64,000 bases of DNA from a virus (taxonomy: Duplodnaviria; Caudoviricetes): positions 64,001 through 128,000 of the IMG/VR virus record IMGVR_UViG_3300027374_000478; one strand, written 5' to 3'. Shown here piece after piece: positions 21,246 through 30,763 of this stretch. Each line of letters begins with the position of its first letter. The first letter of the stretch is position 1. A program made the position numbers and the translations under genes. The notes below the pieces were generated by a model. That model was not told where the DNA came from and did not search any database. It worked only from the letters and a program-made list of their open reading frames with translations.

Positions 21246-21537
21246 AAAATGTATGGTATAATGGGAAGTGGGTGAAACATAGATGAATATTGCAACATAT
21301 CAAACAACACCAGAAAAGCATGGAGATGGAACATTTTTCTTTACAGATTGTGGACACAATATGTATTCTATAAGAGATATTATGGCGTATCATGGTTGCT
21401 TGTGTCCTGGCTGTTTCTGAAAAGGGATATATACAACATTGTATATTAGAGGTTCCGAAGAAGCAAATAAGTATTGGAATGAGAAACGCAAGAAAATGGA
21501 AATGAATGATTGATTTTATTGGAACGGAGGAAATATT

Positions 21538-22233
21538 ATGAATGATTATAAAGTAGAAAATACGCAATTTGGAACAAAAACAAGTCATCCGAGTTACGGA
21601 ACGTTGGCTTTTGGTAGAAGAACTGGTGGGAGAGGTACGTCTTTATTTGGAAGTAGTATAGAACATAGAGACACAATTGCAATGACTTTGTATCATGCAG
21701 ATATTACAAGAGGATTGCATTATGATTCTATTTATGGCGATAAAAAAATTGTAGAAGTAGAAATGAGTTATTCACAATTTGCTGAAGCTATTACATCTAT
21801 GAATATGGGGAGTGGTGTTCCTGTTACTGTACGTTGGACAGAAAGAGATGGACGTATACCAGATTGTGATTTTATTAGTAAGAGAGAACAATTTGCTGAT
21901 GAGTTTAAAGAAAAAAGAAAAGAAGTGACTATGGAATCACAGCAAATTATTAAAGATGTAACAGAATTATTTAATCAAAAGAAAACACTTACTAAATCAG
22001 ATAAGCAGGAAATTCTCAGTAAATTGAATAAACTGAGTATGGAAATCGGGTGTAATATGGATTTTATTGCAGATCAATTTAATGAACAAATGGATAAGAC
22101 GGTAATGGAAGCAAAAGGTGAGATTGAATCTTTCTGCCAGAATAAAATTAATTCCATTGCAAGTGCAGCTTTAGTAGAACATAGAGATGATTTTTTAAAG
22201 TTGGAAAATCCTGTTGATATTAACATGGAATAA
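21538..22233 (+). CDS. phage-type hypothetical protein
   Basis: 231 aa, SD GGAGG. Confidence 0.75.
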   Translation: MNDYKVENTQFGTKTSHPSYGTLAFGRRTGGRGTSLFGSSIEHRDTIAMTLYHADITRGLHYDSIYGDKKIVEVEMSYSQFAEAITSMNMGSGVPVTVRWTERDGRIPDCDFISKREQFADEFKEKRKEVTMESQQIIKDVTELFNQKKTLTKSDKQEILSKLNKLSMEIGCNMDFIADQFNEQMDKTVMEAKGEIESFCQNKINSIASAALVEHRDDFLKLENPVDINME

Positions 22234-22270
22234 GCAGTTGAATACTTGATTTTATTGGAGGATTAAAACT

Positions 22271-22621
22271 ATGAGTAAATTAAGAGTGTGGTGGATTCCG
22301 CAAGTGGGAATAAAGGAGACTTTCTATATACCAGTTAATAGTGTAGAAGAAGGTAAAAAGATGATAGATGTATTGGCAGCTTATGATGCGTTTCAGTATC
22401 AAAATAGAGTTAAGCCAGATTATTGTAATGTTGGTGGTTTGCAGATGTTTGACGAATTGGAAGGCGAGTGGAATGATTGGTATTTAGAAACAGGTGATGA
22501 TTATTTTGATGACGTAGATAAGTATTGTGAATCTGATAGTTGTGCTCAGAAGGAAGAGTTAGAATTATTTAGTAATAGTGTTATGGGACAGGTTGATTGG
22601 AAAGAAGTTATGACACGATGA
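22271..22621 (+). CDS. P22 gp17-like protein (superinfection-exclusion gene product 17 family)
   Basis: 'KLRVWWIPQV....FY.PV.SVEEG....D.LAAYDAFQY.N..KPDYCN.GGLQMFD' resembles that family, recognised from memory. Confidence 0.7.
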   Translation: MSKLRVWWIPQVGIKETFYIPVNSVEEGKKMIDVLAAYDAFQYQNRVKPDYCNVGGLQMFDELEGEWNDWYLETGDDYFDDVDKYCESDSCAQKEELELFSNSVMGQVDWKEVMTR

Positions 22622-22643
22622 ATGTCTGATTTTATTTAGTAGT

Positions 22644-22874
22644 ATGGAGGTATATATGGTAGACAACAATAATGTTTTTTATAGTAAAACTCATGAAGAA
22701 TTAATCTTATTATTTGAGCAGTTTTTAGAATCTGAGAAAACGGGTTCAATTCCAAATAATGAGTTAGGAAAAATGCGTGATGCGTACTTTGATAAATTGG
22801 GTGTTGGATGGCATACAGTATGTATGATTGATTTATTGAGAACAATTGCTTTTAGATGGGCAGAAAATATTTAG
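22644..22874 (+). CDS. hypothetical protein
   Basis: ORF with SD GGAGGT. Confidence 0.6.
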   Translation: MEVYMVDNNNVFYSKTHEELILLFEQFLESEKTGSIPNNELGKMRDAYFDKLGVGWHTVCMIDLLRTIAFRWAENI

Positions 22875-23053
22875 GAGATTACACGATATGATCACTTGGA
22901 AATGTTTATATAAATTAGACAAAGAAGAATTGGCAGGAATAGTAAATGATATCAAGAACGGTGAAAGTTATACTGTTTCTGGATGGGAAGATACATATCC
23001 AACAGATAATGATATTTTGAAATATGCTACCGGATGTGGTGTGAGGTGATTGT

Positions 23054-23281
23054 ATGAAATGTGAATGGAGATATTTTATAGTTCTCAATAATGATAAAGA
23101 GGATATTGTAGAGGGTAGAGAAGTTCCTGGTGATGGTATTCCGGTGTGTAATGATTTTATGGTGGCAAAATATTTTCTTAGTACAGAAGAGTTAGTAGAA
23201 TGGACAAAGGAAAATACGTCATTGGTTTTGGAAGATGGAGAATATCACATAGAAGGGCATTATTTACCTTGTAATGTATAG
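23054..23281 (+). CDS. hypothetical protein
   Basis: 75 aa, SD GAGGTGA. Confidence 0.6.
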   Translation: MKCEWRYFIVLNNDKEDIVEGREVPGDGIPVCNDFMVAKYFLSTEELVEWTKENTSLVLEDGEYHIEGHYLPCNV

Positions 23282-23297
23282 ATTGGAGGACATAAGC

Positions 23298-23678
23298 ATG
23301 GATAAAAAATTCAAACATGGCGATAGAGTTTATCACAGAAATTTAAAACAGTATGGTACTTTTGTTGATTATGCATGGGAAACTGAAGAAGAATGTGATG
23401 TTGAATTTGAAGCCGAAGATGGATATATAGAACAGAAACATGTCAGTGTGAATTGGTTGGAACCAGCACAGAAGACATATAATAAGAAAGTTATGGAAGC
23501 CCTTAGGCAGCGTAGAGGATTAAAACCTGGCGATGCGTCACAAGATAGTGATATTATGAGTATGGCGAAACAGGATGTGTTTAATGAATATTGTGAGTGG
23601 GAAGGATTGCTTGGTGGGTACGGATACTCATTGCTAAATGTTGTGGAAAATATTTATGATATAAATTTGCAACAGTAA
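23298..23678 (+). CDS. hypothetical protein (SH3-like N-terminus)
   Basis: SD GGAGG, MDKKFKHGDRV... Confidence 0.6.
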   Translation: MDKKFKHGDRVYHRNLKQYGTFVDYAWETEEECDVEFEAEDGYIEQKHVSVNWLEPAQKTYNKKVMEALRQRRGLKPGDASQDSDIMSMAKQDVFNEYCEWEGLLGGYGYSLLNVVENIYDINLQQ

Positions 23679-23687
23679 ATTTTTAGA

Positions 23688-24068
23688 TTGGAGGATATCA
23701 TGCTTGATGTTGGATTAGATAATGGTAAATATACTTCGTGTTTAAATTGTAACGAGAAGCAAGATGAATATAGAAAAATATATTCAATTACTATAGGAAA
23801 TTTGAATCCATTAAAAATAAATTTATGTACCGAATGCATGGGCGTGTTGGTTTCTAAAATGACATATGCGTTTAATATGGAATTTCCAAATAATGATAAG
23901 ACAGATTACGATACTGAATTGGAAATTGAAAGCAAATTAAGAATTTTACTTAATAAGAAAATTTCTGGAACTTGGAATGAAGATTGTCAAAAGGAATTAG
24001 ATTCTCTTAACGAAGAAAAAATGTGCAATTCTCATAGATTGCTTTATAGAGATGTTTGTAATTGGTAA
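23688..24068 (+). CDS. hypothetical protein with CxxC pairs
   Basis: 126 aa ORF. Confidence 0.6.
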   Translation: MEDIMLDVGLDNGKYTSCLNCNEKQDEYRKIYSITIGNLNPLKINLCTECMGVLVSKMTYAFNMEFPNNDKTDYDTELEIESKLRILLNKKISGTWNEDCQKELDSLNEEKMCNSHRLLYRDVCNW

Positions 24069-24118
24069 ATGATAGTCTTGAAATCCGGTTTTCATGGCAA
24101 AAAATTGGAGGTAAACAG

Positions 24119-24430
24119 ATGGAACCATACGCAATTATATATGAAACTAGAAACATAACACAATTAGAGATAGAAAGACATCTTGAAGATTATTTGATGG
24201 AATGTGAAAAGGATTGTGTGCCAGGAGATATAATTGATAATAAAATCATAATGGGATGTGGAAGGATAGAAGATGAAGGTTTTAAAAAAGGACATAAAGT
24301 TATTGCAATTCCATTGGATTTAATACAAGACATAGAAACGAGTAATCAGGATTTGGAGGAGTATGGATTTGAAGCAATTAATATTATTCCCTTTCGTGGC
24401 AAGAGATATAGAAATAGGAATCCATATTAA
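24119..24430 (+). CDS. hypothetical protein
   Basis: SD GGAGGT, MEPYAIIY... Confidence 0.6.
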   Translation: MEPYAIIYETRNITQLEIERHLEDYLMECEKDCVPGDIIDNKIIMGCGRIEDEGFKKGHKVIAIPLDLIQDIETSNQDLEEYGFEAINIIPFRGKRYRNRNPY

Positions 24431-24438
24431 TTAGGCAG

Positions 24439-24867
24439 GTGACGAATATGAAAATTATCCGCTATTCAGTAGTAGCATTTGAACCAAAGGAACAGACACA
24501 TCATGCAAAACATATCCAGTATCATCTATATGATTTTGATATAGAAAAATTTCCAGAATTTGCGAGGTGGCAGATTCAGTGTATCCATGAGCAAAAGGTG
24601 GTTTTCTATAAAGAACACTTGGAAGATTTTAAACGTGGTATTTGGTGTTTTGTGGATGGACATAAGAGCAATCAATCATTGAATCATCTGAAGAAGAAAG
24701 TTCCATGTTGGGAAGCTGATGTTCCTGATGACATTGAGTGTTATGATTGCAATTGGGAGAAGTTGATAACTATTTCTGACTCTACTGTATTATGGGGAGG
24801 GTGCTATATTCCTGAGAGGGAAATGTGGAAAATCAGAAATGTTAGGAGAAGAAGGAAAACTGCATAA
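24439..24867 (+). CDS. hypothetical protein
   Basis: 142 aa ORF. Confidence 0.65.
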   Translation: MTNMKIIRYSVVAFEPKEQTHHAKHIQYHLYDFDIEKFPEFARWQIQCIHEQKVVFYKEHLEDFKRGIWCFVDGHKSNQSLNHLKKKVPCWEADVPDDIECYDCNWEKLITISDSTVLWGGCYIPEREMWKIRNVRRRRKTA

Positions 24868-25084
24868 TTATAATATTGGAGGTTAATAACATGAAAACAA
24901 TTTGGTATGCTGTAGTTGATTCAATAGAAGTTCCAGATGATATGAGCGATCATGAAATCGATAATAAAATCAATAAAATAGCTGATGGTAAGGAAGTTAT
25001 GTGGTCAGAAAAAGACGATCTTATTGATATTCGTCAATGGGATTAAAAATGCCAATAGAATGTTGCTTTCAATAGGAGGATAAA

Positions 25085-25318
25085 ATGGATATAGATAATA
25101 TTATGGACATTGAAGTTTTGCGAGAAGCTGCCAAATATGGTAGAGTAAAGATGAAAAAAGATTGTTATTCAACTGACGGGCATATATTTATATTTAAAAA
25201 AGATATGTGGTATCATGTGGATCAAGATGAATCTGGCGTTACAATCACATCAGATGATAATGAACATTACTGTGATTTATCTTATGAAAAATCTGATAGA
25301 TATTTGTATAAAGATTAA
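25085..25318 (+). CDS. hypothetical protein
   Basis: 77 aa, SD AGGAGG. Confidence 0.65.
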   Translation: MDIDNIMDIEVLREAAKYGRVKMKKDCYSTDGHIFIFKKDMWYHVDQDESGVTITSDDNEHYCDLSYEKSDRYLYKD

Positions 25319-25519
25319 ATGAAATGCTGTTTCTAAGTGGAGGTTTTGAATGTTTAATAAAAATGGGAAAAGAGTAATTCAAGTTGCGATTAAACATATT
25401 ATTGAATTGCCAGGAAATATTTCAGATGATGAAATTGAGAAGTTTTTAGAAGAAAAGTATAAGGGAAAAGAATATCAATGGTGTGACGGAGATCAAGATG
25501 TTTTTGGTGATTTTTAGCA

Positions 25520-25810
25520 ATGAAAGGCTGGATTCAAGGGTATTTAGGAGGGATATTGTTGAAATCTGAAGGCGTAAAAGATGTATTCAAATGGTTAGAT
25601 AAAAAATGCAAAGAACAAAAAAATGTTGTTGAAAAAGCTGAACAGAATTTTCAAGATACGAAACGAAGTTGTTATTTTGAAGATGAACAATGTTTGATAG
25701 ATTCAGCGGAAATTGAATTGGAACGAGCGAAGGAAAGACTAAATGCGTATGTAGATATAAAGATTAGTGTAGAGAAATATATGCGAAAATTAAGACATCA
25801 AGGAGAGTAG
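25520..25810 (+). CDS. hypothetical coiled-coil protein
   Basis: ORF; SD AGGAGG suggests a TTG start near 25556. Confidence 0.55.
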   Translation: MKGWIQGYLGGILLKSEGVKDVFKWLDKKCKEQKNVVEKAEQNFQDTKRSCYFEDEQCLIDSAEIELERAKERLNAYVDIKISVEKYMRKLRHQGE

Positions 25811-25853
25811 AGCATTGAAATTCTAGTTTTGTGGTATAGGTAGGGATAATATT

Positions 25854-26387
25854 ATGGAGAAGATAGCGAGGTTTAAGGATATTCCGCAGTTTACGACAAG
25901 TGGTAATTGGCAGTGCGATTTTGAACCTGTTGGTTTGATAAAATTTATAGATGAACAAGTATCCGAAGAAGGATTACAACTTAATCCTAAGTTTCAAAGA
26001 GGACACGTCTGGTCAAGTAAACAGCAAATAGCATACATTGAATATTTTTTGAAAGGTGGAAAATCTGGAACAGTAATTTATTTAAATAAACCTGATTGGA
26101 ATATTAATATGCCAGTTGGCGAATATAATGAATTTGTATGTGTTGATGGTTTGCAACGTATTACAGCATTTCGGAGATTTATAAACAATGAAATTAAAAT
26201 ATTTGATTCGTATTTTAGAGAATATACTGATAAATTGCGAATGAAATTTACAATTAAGGTTAATATAAATGATTTGAAATCAGAAAAAGAAGTGTTACAA
26301 TGGTATGTGGATATGAATGCTGGCGGAACACCACATACAAGTGGTGAGATTGAAAAAGTAAGAAAAATGATTCAAGAACTTGGATAA
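25854..26387 (+). CDS. short DUF262-like protein
   Basis: 'LNPKFQRGHVW', 'VDGLQR', 'MNAGGTPH'. Confidence 0.8.
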   Translation: MEKIARFKDIPQFTTSGNWQCDFEPVGLIKFIDEQVSEEGLQLNPKFQRGHVWSSKQQIAYIEYFLKGGKSGTVIYLNKPDWNINMPVGEYNEFVCVDGLQRITAFRRFINNEIKIFDSYFREYTDKLRMKFTIKVNINDLKSEKEVLQWYVDMNAGGTPHTSGEIEKVRKMIQELG

Positions 26388-26412
26388 TTAATGATATATG
26401 CGAGGTGCAGAT

Positions 26413-27153
26413 ATGAATAATCTTACGAATAAAGAGTTTTTATATTTCCTTTTAGAAAGATTCAAAATAGAAAGACAAAAATTCGATAGATCTGGTGTGT
26501 ACGCATATACACAACGTTTACTTGCTTATAACTCAAATAAGATTGAGGGCAGTACACTTACTGAGGAACAAACGTCTTCGTTATTTGACAACGGCACTTT
26601 GCCAAAATCAGATGATTATTATAGGGCAAAAGATATAGAAGAAATGAATGGTCATTTTCTCATGTTCAATAAAATGTTGGATACACTGGATGAACCGTTA
26701 TCACAGGAATTGATAAAACAATTTCATTATGAATTAAAGTCAGGTGTATTTGAGGATCGTGCTAACGGATATGCAATCGGTGATTATAAGCAGCGTCCTA
26801 ATATGATTGGAATGTATCAAACTGTAAGACCAGAAGATATTGCCCAAGAAATGTATTTACTAATGGACTGGTATGATGGTCAGGCGATAAATATTTCTGT
26901 ATTAGCCGAGTTCCATGCAAGATACGAGAGCATTCATCCTTTCCAAGACGGGAACGGTAGGACAGGAAGATTGATTCTCTTTAGGGAATGCTTGAAAAAT
27001 GGTGTTGTGCCGGTTGTGATTGAAGATGCAAATAGAAATGAGTATCTGGAAGCGTTGAAAGAATATAGAGAAGAAAAAAGTCTGGATAAATTGATTACAC
27101 TTTTTGAAAAAGAACAGCAGTTTTATTTTGAGAAGTGCAAATATTTTATGTAG
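26413..27153 (+). CDS. Fic family protein
   Basis: HPFQDGNGRTGR Fic motif; 'YNSNKIEG' motif. Confidence 0.9.
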   Translation: MNNLTNKEFLYFLLERFKIERQKFDRSGVYAYTQRLLAYNSNKIEGSTLTEEQTSSLFDNGTLPKSDDYYRAKDIEEMNGHFLMFNKMLDTLDEPLSQELIKQFHYELKSGVFEDRANGYAIGDYKQRPNMIGMYQTVRPEDIAQEMYLLMDWYDGQAINISVLAEFHARYESIHPFQDGNGRTGRLILFRECLKNGVVPVVIEDANRNEYLEALKEYREEKSLDKLITLFEKEQQFYFEKCKYFM

Positions 27154-27188
27154 GATTTGGATGTTGTTCAGCTTCAATGGGAGGTAAA

Positions 27189-27452
27189 ATGATAAAGTAT
27201 TCTGTTATTTTTAAAGATTATAAGATTGATAAAATTGAACCATATGAAATTCTTTTAAAACGATATTCATCATTAAAGGAATATGTGGAACATGAAGTTG
27301 GTGAAAATAGTTGGAATTATGTTTCCAAAATATATGCTATGCATGAAAGCATAGTTGGTATTTTTAAAACATATGAAGTGATAAATTGGGAAACTTTAGA
27401 GGAAGGTAATAGCTATGTTTATACTGATATGTATGGGAATTTGATTAAATAA
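27189..27452 (+). CDS. hypothetical protein
   Basis: SD GGAGGT, MIKYSVIF... Confidence 0.6.
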   Translation: MIKYSVIFKDYKIDKIEPYEILLKRYSSLKEYVEHEVGENSWNYVSKIYAMHESIVGIFKTYEVINWETLEEGNSYVYTDMYGNLIK

Positions 27453-27654
27453 AAGTGAAATTTTAAGTGTGGAGGAATTATATTTGCTTAGCGTTCAAAA
27501 TATAGAAGAGATATTAGATTATTTAAAGAAAGAACAAAAGACACATCAAAATAATTATGACTTTGTACACGAAGATGCTTTATTACAGGGATATGAAATG
27601 GCGATAGAAGATCTTGAAAAATATTATGAGAAAATAAAGTAACTATTTAAAGGC

Positions 27655-27685
27655 AAAAGCGATACTGAACACTGTATCGCTTTTA
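27655..27685 (+). terminator. intrinsic terminator closing the left gene array
   Basis: aaaagcgatac-tgaacact-gtatcgctttt. Confidence 0.65.
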
Positions 27686-27696
27686 TCTTATTTTAG

Positions 27697-27870
27697 AAAC
27701 CATAATTCTATTGTATATGATAAAAATATAACATAGAAAAAGCCTTATTTCTATGCAAAAAATATGGAAGACTTGGATAAAACTGTAAATTAGCTATCAA
27801 ATCAAAAAAATAAAAAACATAGGAAAATAGGCATTTTTTTAACACATCATATACAATAGAATTATGGTTT
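27697..27870. repeat. 174-bp element bounded by perfect 25-bp inverted repeats, with inner imperfect IRs
   Basis: aaaccataattctattgtatatgat (27697-27721) / atcatatacaatagaattatggttt (27846-27870). Confidence 0.8.
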
Positions 27871-27912
27871 TATTTACATAAGATTTATTGAATTGTTATT
27901 TTATAATTAGGA

Positions 27913-28149
27913 TTAACGAAGCGCTAGTAAACGTTGCATTTTTGGATCATCGGAAATTAATATGTCTATAGGAGAACACTCTAGTTCCTTGCAAATTGCT
28001 TCGAGTATTTCAAATTTTATAGATGTTGATGTTCCTTTATATATATTGTCAATAGTCGGATATGTTACACCAATACGTTTTGCCAGTTCATATCGTGTCA
28101 TTCCTTTTTCTTTTAATTTGTTTTGTATAGAAATTTTCATATTAACCAA
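27913..28149 (-). CDS. XRE/Cro-C1 family transcriptional repressor
   Basis: 'LKEKGMTRYELAKRIGVTYPTIDNIYKG....IKFEILEAICKELECSPIDIL'. Confidence 0.9.
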   Translation of the reverse strand: MVNMKISIQNKLKEKGMTRYELAKRIGVTYPTIDNIYKGTSTSIKFEILEAICKELECSPIDILISDDPKMQRLLALR

Positions 28150-28151
28150 CC

Positions 28152-28244
28152 TTTCTTTATATATAGTATCATATATATAAAGAAATTAAAATATAAAAAA
28201 TATTTGTAATAATAGTTGACAATATATATTGTTAAGTATATAAT
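28152..28244. promoter_or_regulatory. divergent control region: palindromic operator plus rightward SigA promoter
   Basis: tttctttatatata/tatatataaagaaa IR 28152-28185; TTGACA(28216)-17-TATAAT. Confidence 0.7.
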
Positions 28245-28294
28245 TGATAATATAAAAGTTGATTTACTACATAAAGATGAAAGGAGGATGCGAG

Positions 28295-28645
28295 ATGGAA
28301 ATAAAAAGATATGACATAGTACAAGCCGATTTGTTTGGAACAATTGGTTCTGAACAAGGTGGCATTAGACCTGTGCTTATTATTCAAAATGACATTGGCA
28401 ATTTACATAGCCAAACAACTATTGTAATGCCATTTTCAACGAAAATTTTTAAGAATCCTAATCAGCCTACGCATACTCTGATAAAGAAAAGTGCTGATAC
28501 TGGGTTGAAAATGGATTCTGTTTTACTTGGTGAACAAATGAGAGTAATAAGCAATCAGCGCATAAAAAGAAAAATTGGCGTTGTAACAGACGAGAAAGAG
28601 AGAAGAGAAATACGCAGGGTGTATGATGCCAATTTTGGAGAATAA
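28295..28645 (+). CDS. mazF: PemK/MazF family endoribonuclease (no adjacent MazE)
   Basis: 'DIVQADL....GSEQGGIRPVLIIQNDIGN.HS.TTIV.P.ST','LGEQMRVIS..RI..KIG'. Confidence 0.9.
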   Translation: MEIKRYDIVQADLFGTIGSEQGGIRPVLIIQNDIGNLHSQTTIVMPFSTKIFKNPNQPTHTLIKKSADTGLKMDSVLLGEQMRVISNQRIKRKIGVVTDEKERREIRRVYDANFGE

Positions 28646-28661
28646 ATGGAGGTACGGTGTA

Positions 28662-28940
28662 ATGCGGTATGTAGAAATGACATTAGAGGAAGCTGTTAGA
28701 GAGTGCAATAAGAATACAAAGGTTTTAGTTGCGTTGCAGAACTTGGAAGAAAAAGACGACATAGATGTTATATTTGTTCCCAAAAAGAAAGAGGAATACA
28801 GAAAGATGTTTGAAGATGTTAAAACAGCAGCTTCATTATGCAATGATTTTGTAAAACAATTAAATTTATTCACTGAAGCGCAAGATATATATAATATAAA
28901 ACCACATGGATTCCAAAAAATAGTATTGTTACGAGAATAA
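28662..28940 (+). CDS. hypothetical protein
   Basis: SD GGAGGT, MRYVEMTLEE... Confidence 0.6.
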   Translation: MRYVEMTLEEAVRECNKNTKVLVALQNLEEKDDIDVIFVPKKKEEYRKMFEDVKTAASLCNDFVKQLNLFTEAQDIYNIKPHGFQKIVLLRE

Positions 28941-28961
28941 TCCACAATTGGAATAAAATGC

Positions 28962-29014
28962 AAACGTACGTTCTCTGAAAACTATTGACAAGGAACGTAC
29001 GTTTGTTGTATAAT
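28962..29014 (+). promoter_or_regulatory. SigA promoter overlapped by two LexA (SOS/Cheo-box-like) sites
   Basis: TTGACA(28985)-18-TATAAT; AAAC-GTAC-GTTC 28962-28973 and GAAC-GTAC-GTTT 28993-29004 (Firmicutes GAAC-N4-GTTY). Confidence 0.7.
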
Positions 29015-29198
29015 TATCAACAGAAACACAAAGACCTATCCTCAAACGGTGTTGGCGCACCATCGGATAGGCCTATACATAATAGAGCAGAACGCTCACT
29101 TGTATTTTACATATTATAATCATTTTGGTCAAGTGGTAAATTCAGGCGGTTCTGCAAAAATTCAAGAATTTAAAAGGAGAATAATTAATAAGAGATAT

Positions 29199-29272
29199 GG
29201 ATCTGAGGCTCAGTTGGTCAGAGCAACTGTCTCATAAACGATAGGTCTTGAGTTCAAGTCTCAACAGATTCA
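29199..29272 (+). tRNA. tRNA with CAT anticodon (Ile2 or elongator Met), imperfect anticodon stem, no encoded CCA
   Basis: acceptor GGATCTG/CAGATTC; D-arm GCTC-AGTTGGTCA-GAGC; loop CTCATAA; T-arm TTGAG-TTCAAGT-CTCAA. Confidence 0.85.
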
Positions 29273-29382
29273 TTAGATCAGTGTTTAATGACACTGTATT
29301 TTTTGCACCTATTTTTAGGAAATGAAAAGAGAAAAGTGTTAATAATGTTTGATTAAATACCAAAATAAAGAGGAGGGATAGA

Positions 29383-29997
29383 ATGGATTATGTGATAGCT
29401 AATTCAAATAAAAAAGTATATATCCGCTTGGATAAGAATGGTACACCAGAAACATGCACAAAGCAAATGGCACAGAAATTTGAAAATTCTAAAGCAAGGA
29501 ATATTTTAGATAATTTACCTAAAACGATGAAAAGATTTCATTTTAAAGTAATTCCTCTTCCTGATAAAATTTCGGCTGAAGAGGATAAAGGTGAAGAAAA
29601 GGAAGAAATTATTATCAGTACGTGTTACACCGTACCAAATACAGTAACCAACTGGATTGAACGGGTAAAGAATTGTAATGACTTGGCCAAAGATGCATCT
29701 GTACGAAAAAATGAATTGTTGCAAATGCTTACTAATGCCGATAGAGATTTGTCAAATTGTTTACATAAGATTGAATTAACCAAATGGAAAAATGGATGTG
29801 ACGGATATAAAGAATACAAATTAGTGAAAAATGTACTTGAAAAAAGAAGGAAAATAAAAGATGAATTAATAGTTGTACAATCAATATTGGAATCAAACTT
29901 AGAAAGTATGGCGGCAAATAAGGTAGAGAAAGTGGTGAAAAGACTTAGTAATAGAATTTTTGAGATAAGAGAGGTGGAAGATTATGGTGATTTGTAA
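29383..29997 (+). CDS. hypothetical coiled-coil protein
   Basis: 204 aa, SD GAGGAGG. Confidence 0.7.
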   Translation: MDYVIANSNKKVYIRLDKNGTPETCTKQMAQKFENSKARNILDNLPKTMKRFHFKVIPLPDKISAEEDKGEEKEEIIISTCYTVPNTVTNWIERVKNCNDLAKDASVRKNELLQMLTNADRDLSNCLHKIELTKWKNGCDGYKEYKLVKNVLEKRRKIKDELIVVQSILESNLESMAANKVEKVVKRLSNRIFEIREVEDYGDL

Positions 29998-30179
29998 GAA
30001 ATGTTTTGTCCCTATGGTGGGAGTTATGTCATTTTCTAAAGACAAACATGAGAAGTATTGTAGATGTCCTAAATGCATGAGAGAAACAAGGCATCAAACA
30101 ATGAAAGATATTGATTTGAGTTTTGGAGAAGTGTTGCGTAAAACTTATAAAATAAAATAGTTCAGAGAGGTGTATCAAG

Positions 30180-30758
30180 ATGGAAGAGATATTAAATGTG
30201 TACTATGCTGACAATGCAAAAAAACTTCATAAAACAGTTGATAAAATATTATTCAAATTTGGAGGACTATCAAATAAGGATGTCGATGATTTTTATTCGC
30301 TTGCTAATGAGGTGTTTGTGGATGTAATGAGAAGATATGATGCATCTCAATCATTTGATGGATTTCTTTATTCATGTTTATCGAAGAAAATAAAAACAGA
30401 AATGACAAAACGAAATAGAGAAAAACGTAAAGCAGACAGAATGGCTGTTTCAATTGATGCACCTATTGGGGAAGATGATGGTTCTACATTGAGAGATGTT
30501 ATTGCTGGTGATTTTACTATTGAAAAAGAAGTGTTTGAAAAGAAAAAGAGGGAAGAATGGAGAAAAGAAGTAGAGGAATATCTTAATAATTTATCTCCAT
30601 TGCAAAGAAAAATAGCTTTTTTGCTATCTGATAATAGTACACCTGATGAAATATGCGAAGAATTACATATAACGGTAAAGCACTTTAAAAATTCTATGAA
30701 AAGAATTTTGGCAGATGAGAGAATAAAACCACTTAGGCCGTTGGTAGAAAGGATTTGA
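30180..30758 (+). CDS. sigma-70 family alternative sigma factor
   Basis: region 2 'DVDDFYSLANEVF....RRYD....FDGFLY', 'VSIDAPIGEDDG', region 4 HTH 'LSPLQRKIA.LL......EICEELHIT'. Confidence 0.8.
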   Translation: MEEILNVYYADNAKKLHKTVDKILFKFGGLSNKDVDDFYSLANEVFVDVMRRYDASQSFDGFLYSCLSKKIKTEMTKRNREKRKADRMAVSIDAPIGEDDGSTLRDVIAGDFTIEKEVFEKKKREEWRKEVEEYLNNLSPLQRKIAFLLSDNSTPDEICEELHITVKHFKNSMKRILADERIKPLRPLVERI

Positions 30759-30763
30759 AGATT

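Noticed and set aside
29199-29272. tRNA as a prophage attachment site or element boundary
   Set aside because: No duplicated tRNA 3' end was seen, and gene style and junction sites continue on both sides.
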